From Promethearchaeota archaeon (GTDB taxonomy: Archaea; Asgardarchaeota; Lokiarchaeia; Sigyniarchaeales; SOKP01): a DNA stretch of 64,000 nucleotides. A program made the position numbers and the translations under genes. Below, piece by piece: positions 29,359 to 38,493 of this stretch (position 1 is its first letter; the number at the start of each line of letters is the position of its first letter). The stretch covers positions 64,001-128,000 of the forward strand of contig JAEOTA010000088.1 in assembly GCA_016840085.1 (NCBI GenBank), written 5' to 3'. Below the pieces are notes generated by a model, which did no database searches, was not told where the DNA came from, and saw only the letters and a program-made list of their open reading frames with translations.

Positions 29359-30189
29359 TCATATTTCAAAATTTTTCATAAAATTTTCTAATGAAATAAA
29401 ACTAATCTTGTCATAATGATTTTCCAAAACTAGTTGTTTCCAATTGATACTATCTAAAATTACTGCCAAATCTGTGATATCGGAAATTGCCGGATCCATA
29501 TCCATATATTCGTTGTCTAAATTTTTTACAATTATTTTTTTGAATATGTCATTGATGATATATAAAAAATCTAAAAATGTACTAACTTCGAATTCTTTAA
29601 AAACTGAATTTAATTTATCCCATTGGTCATAAATATAAAAAACCTGTGAAGTTAATAAACATGCTTTTATTAAACCAAAAATCCCATATCCTGCTCTAAA
29701 TGTCGTTTGGAATGAATGGAAATTAAGTTTAATATGTTCTTCTGGAATTGACTTGTCAATTTTTTCATGAACTAAATAATTTGCTATAAAATCAAAAAAA
29801 ATCTCATTTAAATTAACTTTGAAATACTGATTATTGATTCTACATTTAACATATTCATCAAACGGTAATATATAAGAATGTAATTTATTGAATGTCTCAC
29901 ATGAAATTGAATGCCCATATTCATGACGGGCAACCTGAATAAAATAATTTCTGTATGATTCGGGATTATCTTTAAATATTTCCCTATGTGCGGGATTTGA
30001 TAAGTAATAATCGATGGGAATGATTTTAAAACTAATATTGATATGTTGTTGAGACCAATTACAATCCACTAATCCTTTATCATTTATCTTGTCTAATGAA
30101 TAATTCAATTGACGCTTATCCTCAAATCTTTGCATTAATGATTCAAATTCCTTTTTAAAATATTCAATGATATCGTCTTGATTAACCAT
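29359..30189 (-). CDS. HExxH zinc metallopeptidase-like protein
   Basis: VARHEYGHS plus downstream NEIFFDFIAN (candidate third ligand E); overlaps upstream DUF4238 gene by 8 bp. Confidence 0.6.
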   Translation of the reverse strand: MVNQDDIIEYFKKEFESLMQRFEDKRQLNYSLDKINDKGLVDCNWSQQHINISFKIIPIDYYLSNPAHREIFKDNPESYRNYFIQVARHEYGHSISCETFNKLHSYILPFDEYVKCRINNQYFKVNLNEIFFDFIANYLVHEKIDKSIPEEHIKLNFHSFQTTFRAGYGIFGLIKACLLTSQVFYIYDQWDKLNSVFKEFEVSTFLDFLYIINDIFKKIIVKNLDNEYMDMDPAISDITDLAVILDSINWKQLVLENHYDKISFISLENFMKNFEI

Positions 30190-31111
30190 GTATAATTCTA
30201 AACCTGTTTAGGTCTTTTAAATCCTTATATTCTTTAACATATTTCCGTGCGAATTTAAAATCATTTGTTCTCGTAAAAACGGTTCTATGTGCCATTGCGA
30301 TGATTTGCGTGTTAATAAAATCCAATTCACGTTGAATTACCCTTTTTGACATTCCAAAATGTCTATATTCTGATATTTCCTTATCATAAAAAACCAAACA
30401 TAATCTCGGTGTTAAAGGAAAAAAAATTTCCACACCCTTCGCTGTGTATATTTGTCTACCAAAACCTCTAATTTTCAATTCTTTATTTTCAGGGGGTATA
30501 TATACGCGCACGGGATGGTCAGATGTGTAAAACTCTCTTTTTAAATCGTTTTTTAATAATACGGAACCTAACTCTGCCATCTCGAATATTGTTTCAATCG
30601 GATAATGAATGGTACCATCTTCCATTTCCACGGGATTAATCATGACATTTAATTGCCCTCTCGCCGCACCTCCTTCTAATAATTTCTTTTTATATTCTTC
30701 GGAAAAGTTTTCAAATGGAGGAAATCCTTGTTCTTCTTCAAAATTCTTGTAAACCAACTCATATATTTGGGCATTGCGGGTACGGGCGCTACGGGTACGT
30801 TCATTCTGTATAATTATATAATGGTACATAATGTATTTATCATATAATGTTAAGTGTTTGATTGATTGGTCTTTTATGATTCTATGATATACCGTGGCGT
30901 GTAATCCTTCCAAATGCGAAAAGTAATTCTCAAACTCGGGTGGATCATCATTGTCATAAAAATATCTTTCCATTGCTACTTGTGTGATGTTTGAATTATA
31001 CGATTTATCCAATTCCTTGTTATAACATTGAATTGAATATTCCCCCGACGCTTTTTGTATAGCGAAATTTTTCAAATAAAATTTCGGTACATAATGCTGC
31101 TTTTTTTTCAT
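30182..31111 (-). CDS. DUF4238 domain protein
   Basis: QHYVPKFYLKNF, RT motif, FYTSDHPV, FFPLTPRLCL. Confidence 0.88.
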   Translation of the reverse strand: MKKKQHYVPKFYLKNFAIQKASGEYSIQCYNKELDKSYNSNITQVAMERYFYDNDDPPEFENYFSHLEGLHATVYHRIIKDQSIKHLTLYDKYIMYHYIIIQNERTRSARTRNAQIYELVYKNFEEEQGFPPFENFSEEYKKKLLEGGAARGQLNVMINPVEMEDGTIHYPIETIFEMAELGSVLLKNDLKREFYTSDHPVRVYIPPENKELKIRGFGRQIYTAKGVEIFFPLTPRLCLVFYDKEISEYRHFGMSKRVIQRELDFINTQIIAMAHRTVFTRTNDFKFARKYVKEYKDLKDLNRFRIIHG

Positions 31112-31117
31112 ATTATT

Positions 31118-31798
31118 TCATTCATCTTGGTTGCTCAAAAATTGTCTTACAAATTCAAAATCATTCGTTTTTGAAAAAATGAAATCTTTAGCTACCTGAA
31201 TCATGGCTTTGTTAGCTTCATTAACAAACCATTTGCTTGCTTGTATTTTTTGACTTGGATACAATTGCATCCAATCTTCGCTATTGTTCATTATTAAAAA
31301 TAGATCTGGTGCTAATGGCATTGCAACTTTAATGCCTTTTTCATTTGATTTATCGAATTGTGAAATGGGATGGTCGCTCGTGTAAAATATCTTTTCTGTG
31401 TTGTTTTTCAAAATATAATAATTGAAATTCATTAATTGTTCCATCGTTAATTCCCGTGCTCTGCGGGTGCGTGCATGGGTAAGATAAACGAATTCCATGA
31501 TTTTTCTTTTCTCTGGTTCCATTAATGCATACATGGGGATTTCTTCAATAAATCTATAAATGGTGGAATGATAACCATCTATAATGCTCAATGCATCTTC
31601 AAAAATGTTATGCCTGTCGTAAAACCAATTTTCCTTGCAAATATTATTGATATTTGACTCAAATACATCCCCTGTCTTTTTATTATAACACCATACATAA
31701 TGCTCCCCGTTTCTTTCTATTGAAAATTGTTTTAAATAAAACCTAGGTATATAATGTTGACCTTTCCTTTTTTGTCGGCTATTTCCTATTGGATGCAT
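31118..31798 (-). CDS. DUF4238 domain protein (shorter paralogue)
   Basis: QHYIPRFYLKQF, FYTSDHPI, MPLAPDL, SKTNDFEF. Confidence 0.85.
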   Translation of the reverse strand: MHPIGNSRQKRKGQHYIPRFYLKQFSIERNGEHYVWCYNKKTGDVFESNINNICKENWFYDRHNIFEDALSIIDGYHSTIYRFIEEIPMYALMEPEKRKIMEFVYLTHARTRRARELTMEQLMNFNYYILKNNTEKIFYTSDHPISQFDKSNEKGIKVAMPLAPDLFLIMNNSEDWMQLYPSQKIQASKWFVNEANKAMIQVAKDFIFSKTNDFEFVRQFLSNQDE

Positions 31799-31956
31799 GT
31801 AATAATACCGTTTTAATCCATAATGTTTACTTCATTATTACACACCCATATTCGTTTCAACCTATTATATTTTACTATTAATCCGGGGATGAGTTTTCAT
31901 TCTCATTAAATGATGGTTGATTTTAATTCGAATTAGACTTCAATTAGTAATTTTAT

Positions 31957-32294
31957 AATGGCTCTTGAAAACCTAGGGATTGATTTCTCTGAATTAAAGG
32001 AAAATGTATGGGAAGAATTAAAGAAAGAACGTGAAAATGGATTAATAAATGCAGAAGCTTCAGCAGTTGATAAAACACGTGAAAAAATTCCACAAATTAT
32101 TAACATTATACAGCAAGTTGTAATGGTTATTAATGATATACTCACTTTACCAATTAGGGTATTAATCTCGGAAAGTCATTACGGACTGAAAACAGCCATA
32201 AATTCTGTTATTTCAGAAGAAGAGGGATTATACGGTTCTATTCGAGAACGCTTTGACAATTTATTTGATCAAATTGAAGAAATAAGAAAATAAT
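31957..32294 (+). repeat. Right copy of imperfect ~338-bp direct repeat
   Basis: Same length and frame as 27055..27392; first 15 nt identical. Confidence 0.93.
31958..32293 (+). pseudogene. Displaced 3' fragment (111 aa, still open) of the V4R gene 25919..27391
   Basis: 88/111 identical residues to the C-terminus of 25919..27391; no indels or stops; T7 tract at 32327..32333. Confidence 0.8.
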
Positions 32295-32373
32295 AAACAT
32301 AAAATTGGTTAACATCACTAGAACTCTTTTTTTATTTTTAAATTTATAAACTTTTGATATTATTTTAAACCTG

Positions 32374-33801
32374 TTAATAGTTTTTTTCTTTTTCAGCATA
32401 GTAAATATCAAAAATCCAATCTACAATATATTGAAAGAAAAATCGCTCTCGCAATACATCATAATGAGATTTTCCCCTTAAACTTGTTAATTTAGCAATA
32501 TCTTCTGATTTTATTTTATCCTTAGCAACTAAATCCATACGCGTTATAAATTGATCTTTAAGCTTGATTTTTCTAAAAATAATAGAAATTGATTTAGAAA
32601 TCTTTTTTATTATCTCTTTTAATTCCGATTTGTAATCCTGTTGAAATTCATCAATATCGTTAATGAAATTTATTATTTCTTTTAAAATTGAATCTCTATC
32701 GAAATAATTAATTAGTTCATTTGGATTAAGAATCCCTGATAAATAATCAATAATTTTTTCTCTAATGTCTATTTTAATATTAATATTTATTAACTCTTTT
32801 TCTAATTTACCTAAAAATTGTCTTTTAAGAAATTGCTTGAATTTTATTATAATCGCTTCATTTTCTTTCTGATCTGAGCAAATTTCAATGATCTCTCCTT
32901 TTGGAGTGGAATAAGTGAATCCTAAACCCTGTGGCCCTAAACCTCCAAGTAGAACCATAGATAAACTGTAAAACTTATAATTATCTCTCGCCAAAATACT
33001 ACCCAAGTTTTTCAATATGTTTTCTGGTGAAATAAAATGCTTTTTAATTTCACTGTATTCACGATTTTCCTCAACACCATAATAAAATGTTCTATAAATT
33101 ACATTAAATTCCATAAATCTCTTATTTTTATCATTTAAATCTATTTTTTCTTTTATTTCTTCATTTTTGAAAAAATTATAATACTTTTTAAAAATATCAA
33201 TAAATCTCCTTATGGAACTTAAATATCTTACACTTAAACCATATATAGTATACTGGTTGAAAAAATCATTCTTAATATAGTGCATTAGACCATCTCTATC
33301 TTGGAAATATGAATTCGATCTTTTCATGAAATGTTCGTAAATATCTCGTGGAAATACTAAATACACATAAGAAATAAATGAATCTGACACTTTACCATAC
33401 AAATCATTTAAGTTAGCTAAAAATAACTTATCTTTTTTGATTTTTATTATTGAATTTTTTTCTTCTTCAGTTAATTCTTTTTCCAATAAACTATATTCAT
33501 TACAAAATCTTAAAATATCAATTTGATCTCCCAATGCTGAAGTTTGATACTCAGTAGAAATCCTATCGATAAGATTCATAAGTACTTTAGAAATAAATTC
33601 AAATCGTTGATTTATTTTTTTTACATCAATAAAAATATCAAAATCAATCGATGCATTAAATAACTTCTTGAAGTTTTTTAATTGTCCATGCTTAAGGCAT
33701 TTAGCTAATTCCTCATAATAAGCTATTTCAAATAATTGCTTATCTTTGATATTTGAAGTTTTTAATTTGAATTCCTCAAAAAATTGATTTGAATGCATCA
33801 T
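32374..33801 (-). CDS. Hypothetical protein
   Basis: 475-aa ORF with a compact Gly-rich core SMVLLGGLGPQGLGFTYSTPKGEIIEICSD. Confidence 0.75.
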   Translation of the reverse strand: MMHSNQFFEEFKLKTSNIKDKQLFEIAYYEELAKCLKHGQLKNFKKLFNASIDFDIFIDVKKINQRFEFISKVLMNLIDRISTEYQTSALGDQIDILRFCNEYSLLEKELTEEEKNSIIKIKKDKLFLANLNDLYGKVSDSFISYVYLVFPRDIYEHFMKRSNSYFQDRDGLMHYIKNDFFNQYTIYGLSVRYLSSIRRFIDIFKKYYNFFKNEEIKEKIDLNDKNKRFMEFNVIYRTFYYGVEENREYSEIKKHFISPENILKNLGSILARDNYKFYSLSMVLLGGLGPQGLGFTYSTPKGEIIEICSDQKENEAIIIKFKQFLKRQFLGKLEKELININIKIDIREKIIDYLSGILNPNELINYFDRDSILKEIINFINDIDEFQQDYKSELKEIIKKISKSISIIFRKIKLKDQFITRMDLVAKDKIKSEDIAKLTSLRGKSHYDVLRERFFFQYIVDWIFDIYYAEKEKNY

Positions 33802-33871
33802 AAAAATAATAAGATAAAAGATTTAATAAAAATACATTCATTGCTAATGTTATTGCTATGATTAAAACAAA

Positions 33872-34243
33872 TTAATCTAAAAGTTCAGCAATTTTCTTAG
33901 AAACACTTTGAATGTTTAAGAAAACCATCCCCAGTGAAGCATCGCTTCGAGCTAACGTGCATAAAATTGCATTTTCTCCTGCTTTTGACAAAATAATTAT
34001 CCCATCAACGCCTTCTATAAGAATTCGTTTTAAATCTCCACGAGCAAGCTCCTCTACAGCACGTTCTGATACACTTAGAATCGCTGCACTCATAGCACTG
34101 ACAATCCCATCGTTTACATCTCTAGCCAACGCCGAACAAATCGGAAGGCCTTGCACACTCACTATTGCACTTCCTTGGATATCGGGATTAACTGCTTCCA
34201 TTTGGCGTAATAAGTCAGTGAGTTCAGCAATGTTTTCACTCAA
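33872..34243 (-). CDS. Roadblock/LC7 (MglB/LAMTOR-like) protein
   Basis: IQGSAIVSVQGLPICS, VSAMSAAILSVSERAVEEL, LGMVFL. Confidence 0.93.
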   Translation of the reverse strand: MSENIAELTDLLRQMEAVNPDIQGSAIVSVQGLPICSALARDVNDGIVSAMSAAILSVSERAVEELARGDLKRILIEGVDGIIILSKAGENAILCTLARSDASLGMVFLNIQSVSKKIAELLD

Positions 34244-34331
34244 CGATTAATCAACTTGAATAAATAGTGCTTAATAATCTAATAAGATAATTATATTATA
34301 AAATTATTTTTTTTTTGATCTTATTTTAATG

Positions 34332-34353
34332 TTAACTTTATTATAAAAGTTAA
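34332..34353. promoter_or_regulatory. Inverted repeat in the roadblock/map divergent promoter
   Basis: TTAACTTT-ATTATA-AAAGTTAA; AT-rich context makes a chance occurrence possible. Confidence 0.3.
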
Positions 34354-34400
34354 TTCATATTTAAAAAATATTTTTATCAAACACCACATTAGTAATTGTA

Positions 34401-35378
34401 ATGACTGAGAATCAAAAATTAAAAAGCGATACGCAAGAAGAAAAAAGTAAGGAAGAATTGGAAAAAGAAGAAGAAGAAAAAATTAAAGTAAACTCACTAA
34501 GAAAAGCTGGAAAAATTGCTCAGCAGGTAAAAGAGTTTATCAAGCCAAAAATAAAAGTAGGAGCAAAAGCAATAGACTTAATTACTATTACTGAGGCAAA
34601 AATTGAAGAATTAGGTGGATTTTCTGCTTTTCCTGTAAATTTAAGTATAAATAATATTGCTGCGCATTACACCTCTCCAATAAAAGATGATGGTTTGACT
34701 ATTAACGATGATGATATTGTTAAAATCGATTTAGGAGTTCATGTTGAAGGTTATATTGTTGATACTGCTTTTACAGTTAAATTCAATGAAGATGAATCAC
34801 TTGAAAATATAATTCAAGCTACTGAAGTAGCTCTTGATGCTGCAAAAATGATGGTCAAACCTAAATTAAATACAAAAGAAATAGGAAAAAAAATTGAAAG
34901 TATTGTAAGGGGATTTAAGTATAATCCAATAAAAGAACTTGGTGGTCACCAAATTGAGAGATGGACTGTTCACGGAAAAAAAGCATTACCAGAATTAGGA
35001 TCTCAAGGTGGTGATATTATAGAGGAAGGAGAAATATTTGCTATAGAGATATTTGCAAGTACAGGTGAAGGATCAGTTCATAATACTCCATATTCATATA
35101 TATACGAATTAAATCCATATGCTGGAAGAGTTCCTTTACGTAGGAAGGTATCTAAACAACTTTTAGGTTTTATCAATAAGAATTATAAGACTTTACCTTT
35201 TGCCGAAAGATGGTTAGCGAAAGAATTTAGATTAGGCGTAGCATTTGGACTTCAAGAACTTGTACAACAAGGAAAATTACAAGCCCATTATGTTCTGGCA
35301 GAAAAAAAAGGTGAATATGTTGCTCAATCAGAACAAACTATACTAATAACTGAGGACGGATATGAACAATTAACTTAA
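34401..35378 (+). CDS. map: Methionine aminopeptidase type II
   Basis: AFPVNLS, AAHY, KIDLGVHVEGYIVDTAFT, GHQI, AIEIFASTG, TLPFAERW. Confidence 0.95.
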   Translation: MTENQKLKSDTQEEKSKEELEKEEEEKIKVNSLRKAGKIAQQVKEFIKPKIKVGAKAIDLITITEAKIEELGGFSAFPVNLSINNIAAHYTSPIKDDGLTINDDDIVKIDLGVHVEGYIVDTAFTVKFNEDESLENIIQATEVALDAAKMMVKPKLNTKEIGKKIESIVRGFKYNPIKELGGHQIERWTVHGKKALPELGSQGGDIIEEGEIFAIEIFASTGEGSVHNTPYSYIYELNPYAGRVPLRRKVSKQLLGFINKNYKTLPFAERWLAKEFRLGVAFGLQELVQQGKLQAHYVLAEKKGEYVAQSEQTILITEDGYEQLT

Positions 35379-35419
35379 CTTTTTCAAGATTTTTATTAAC
35401 AAAAATTGATAAGTTTTTT

Positions 35420-36529
35420 ATGGAAAAATTAAATATATGCCTTGTTTCTTTAACAATCGCTCCAGACAGCCAAGATGGAGCTGGAAAAAGTTTTAGAGGA
35501 ATTTTTGATTATCTCAGAAAGCAAGGACATAATGTTAAATTAATCACAGGTAAATGGAATATCGATCTCAATGATCCTGATATCATACAAATTAATTTAA
35601 TACGGAAACGTTTTCTTTGGGCGCCTCAATTTTTCTTGAACGCAATCAAATCTATCAATAAATATAAATTTGATATTTTCCATGGAAATGCTCCTAAAGG
35701 CACTTTACCCATTTTATTTGCCAATAAAAAGAAATTTATCACTACAATTCATGATTTAGGACCATTTGAAACTACATTTACTAAAATTCCTATAGAAAAA
35801 TATTTAATTAAGTTAGCTGTACAAAAAGCATCAATGATAACAACTGTTTCTGATTTTATAAAAAATGAAATTAATTATTATATACCCAAAGTAAATTTGA
35901 ATAAAATTTCCACTATATATAACGGTATTGAAGATAAATTTAAACCATATCCAAAAGAAGCTGAAAAACTGAAAGATAAATTGTCGATTGAAGGGCCAGT
36001 ACTTCTCTATATTGGACGAATAGCATTTTATAAGGGTGTGGATGATATCATTGCTGCTTATAATATTGTAAAAAAATCAATTCCAAATATTAATTTAGTT
36101 ATTGGTGGGAAACCTGATTTCCAAATGGAAAAGATTTATAATGAGTGGGTAACTAAATATAAAGATATTCATTTTGTTGGTTTCGTGCCTGATAATGAAA
36201 TTCCTTATTATTATTCTTTAGGAGATATTTTCATTACTTATTCTTTTGCATCCGAAGGTTTTGGCTTAACTCCTATTGAGGCTATAGCATGTGGAACTCC
36301 AGTTATTTGTTCTTCAATGATAGCCTATAAAGAAATTTTAAAAGATAATGCTATCTATGTTGCTCCTAGGAATCCTAATCAATTGGCTAGAGAAATTATT
36401 CGCTTATTACGAAATGATTTTGACAGGAATAACCTAATTAATAAAGCTCAAAAATTTATAACAAGATATACATGGAATTCTGTAGGTGAAAAACTTGAAA
36501 CCATCTATAAAAAATTCCTTTATGATTAA
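35420..36529 (+). CDS. GT4 family glycosyltransferase
   Basis: TIHD, IGRIAFYKG, EGFGLTPIEAIACGTPVI. Confidence 0.92.
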   Translation: MEKLNICLVSLTIAPDSQDGAGKSFRGIFDYLRKQGHNVKLITGKWNIDLNDPDIIQINLIRKRFLWAPQFFLNAIKSINKYKFDIFHGNAPKGTLPILFANKKKFITTIHDLGPFETTFTKIPIEKYLIKLAVQKASMITTVSDFIKNEINYYIPKVNLNKISTIYNGIEDKFKPYPKEAEKLKDKLSIEGPVLLYIGRIAFYKGVDDIIAAYNIVKKSIPNINLVIGGKPDFQMEKIYNEWVTKYKDIHFVGFVPDNEIPYYYSLGDIFITYSFASEGFGLTPIEAIACGTPVICSSMIAYKEILKDNAIYVAPRNPNQLAREIIRLLRNDFDRNNLINKAQKFITRYTWNSVGEKLETIYKKFLYD

Positions 36530-36558
36530 AAGCTTATTCGGTTTAAGTTTTAATCTAT

Positions 36559-37671
36559 CTAAACTAATTTATCTTTAACAAAATTAAAACAAATTTCTAC
36601 AGGATTTTCAAATTGTTTAATTTTTTCTTTAAACAAATTTATTCTGAATCTGTTTGATGATGGCTCTTTCGAAAGAATTTCTATGGATCTTTTTATCAAT
36701 TGTTCTTTATCTTTTATATGTTCTAATGGAAATCCATTTTTCATTAGAAATAATTCTTGAGGTGCAGAGTCTCCTGGAAAAAATTCTATACTAGGAACAT
36801 TTAATAGACTTGCTTCACGAACAATAGTTCCGCCACCACTCAAAGTTAAGGCTCCATAAAAACATAAATTAACTATATTGGGTAAATATTGAGTAATTAT
36901 AACATTTTTTTCTTTGCTATATTCATTGAGCTTTTTTGAGAGAAATTGCTCTTGTCTATCTGTCCTGACAAGGATTAAATATTTATGGTTAGGAAATTCT
37001 TTATATATTGGTGAAAAGAACTCACTTATCATCGTTTCCTCCGGTTTAAATTTATCAATTAGATAACAGGCATGAGTAGGTTCGCTTCTAATTAACACAA
37101 ACTTTCCTTTTTCTAAATCAAATTTATTTAGAATGTTTGGATTGGGAGTATATTCCGAAAGCCAAGCAATTTCATCTAAACCATTATAACGAATTATTTT
37201 TTCTGGGGCAGCATGTAGTTGTACATACAATTTTTTAGGGATACAATCCGGTGTAATAACGTTTCCAATTAATGGATGAATTAATTTACAAACAGGTTCA
37301 TTTCGAGGTTCATCATTAAACCCTATTGAAGGAATATTTAATCCATAAGCAATTCGTGTACCTTCTACTGATAAAAAAGTTATAAAATAATTAGGAGAGA
37401 ATTTTTTGACTAAAGGGAAAAGATCCTTCAAACGTTCTATATATGTGCTAAGCTTATTATCTAATCTATCACCACCATGTTTCCCGATCTTTTTATAATT
37501 TACCCCAGTACTATCTAAAATTTGAAATGTAGAATCATAATTTCGAGCAGTAATTAAAAGTTCTGATTTTTCTTTTTCAAACATTCTTATTAACGAACGA
37601 AACATAATAGCGCTTTTAGGTTGCTCAATATCTATCCATATTTTTTTACGTTGAAGACTCATATTAAACAT
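36559..37671 (-). CDS. DUF354 family GT-B fold protein
   Basis: IWIDI, ITARNY, IGKHGG, RYNGLDE, GGGTIVREASLL. Confidence 0.82.
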   Translation of the reverse strand: MFNMSLQRKKIWIDIEQPKSAIMFRSLIRMFEKEKSELLITARNYDSTFQILDSTGVNYKKIGKHGGDRLDNKLSTYIERLKDLFPLVKKFSPNYFITFLSVEGTRIAYGLNIPSIGFNDEPRNEPVCKLIHPLIGNVITPDCIPKKLYVQLHAAPEKIIRYNGLDEIAWLSEYTPNPNILNKFDLEKGKFVLIRSEPTHACYLIDKFKPEETMISEFFSPIYKEFPNHKYLILVRTDRQEQFLSKKLNEYSKEKNVIITQYLPNIVNLCFYGALTLSGGGTIVREASLLNVPSIEFFPGDSAPQELFLMKNGFPLEHIKDKEQLIKRSIEILSKEPSSNRFRINLFKEKIKQFENPVEICFNFVKDKLV

Positions 37672-37793
37672 TAAAATAGTAAAGATGTTAAAATGTTTAT
37701 GATAAAAAGTATTATAATTTTTAGAAATTTTAACAGTTTATATGATTTTCTAAAATCTAAACATTTATTTTTATAAAAAAAATGAAATGATTA

Positions 37794-38087
37794 TCATTTT
37801 CCACATATACATGGATTTGATTTGCATTTAATACACATATTAGGATATTTTTTTAATAAACTTAGTTCAAGATCAATTTCTAATAAGTTTGCTATTGAAG
37901 ATGTCCATGCAATTATATCAGCTAATTCTTCTGATACTTTATTTTTATCGATTTTATTATATTTAAAAATTCTTGCTAATTCTCCAATCTCTTCTATTAA
38001 CCATATAAAAGTGCTCTTCAAGCCTCTTTTTTTATCTTGTTCAAAATAGAGACTTTTTATTAATTCTTGGAATTTTAAAATTTTCAT
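37794..38087 (-). CDS. MazG-like nucleotide pyrophosphohydrolase
   Basis: WLIEEIGELA, EELADIIAW, C-terminal CxxC-x3-PCxC. Confidence 0.88.
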   Translation of the reverse strand: MKILKFQELIKSLYFEQDKKRGLKSTFIWLIEEIGELARIFKYNKIDKNKVSEELADIIAWTSSIANLLEIDLELSLLKKYPNMCIKCKSNPCICGK

Positions 38088-38134
38088 CTAAAAAAAAAAT
38101 AAGTAATTTACTTAATATATGGTAAGGGATTAGA

Positions 38135-38356
38135 TTAACCACCACCTGGAGTAAAAAGCCAACTAAAAACACCTAAATGTGCTAATATTACTAATAATAT
38201 AAGAGTTACTGAGAGTAGCACTGTACTTATTGGACCAACTTTAATACCAATTGAGCTGTCTTCAAAAAATCTCATTAATCCTGCTCCTCCCATAGGCATT
38301 GGAGCACTTCCACTCCTTCTCTTCTTACGTCTAGATTGAGTACGACGGGATGACAT
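38135..38356 (-). CDS. Protein translocase subunit Sec61beta
   Basis: Basic N-terminus, GAGLMRFFED..IKVGP, single TM ending in LAH. Confidence 0.92.
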   Translation of the reverse strand: MSSRRTQSRRKKRRSGSAPMPMGGAGLMRFFEDSSIGIKVGPISTVLLSVTLILLVILAHLGVFSWLFTPGGG

Positions 38357-38493
38357 TTTGAAATATGTGACTTAAGCTTTTTACACTTATATAGTCTATA
38401 AATAATAATAAAAATATAAAATTTTATCTTTAAAGTTTAAATTTATTATCTAATAAATTTTTATAAATTAATTTTATTTTTTTAAGATAAATT

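Larger units (their letters stand above)
27393..31956. mobile_element. Inserted accessory island between duplicated V4R gene 3' ends (no integrase or transposase seen)
   Basis: Four minus-strand genes bounded by the direct repeats; nuclease and DUF4238 cargo; DUF4238 genes are visibly richer in CG-containing codons than the flanks. Confidence 0.75.

Noticed and set aside
31876-31924. ATGA...TGA hairpin resembling a SECIS or K-turn
   Set aside because: Weak, G-U-rich stem and no upstream plus-strand UGA-containing gene
37791-37796. MazG gene ending TGA-TAA as a possible terminal Sec
   Set aside because: The protein is complete with its CxC tail; a tandem stop is the simpler reading
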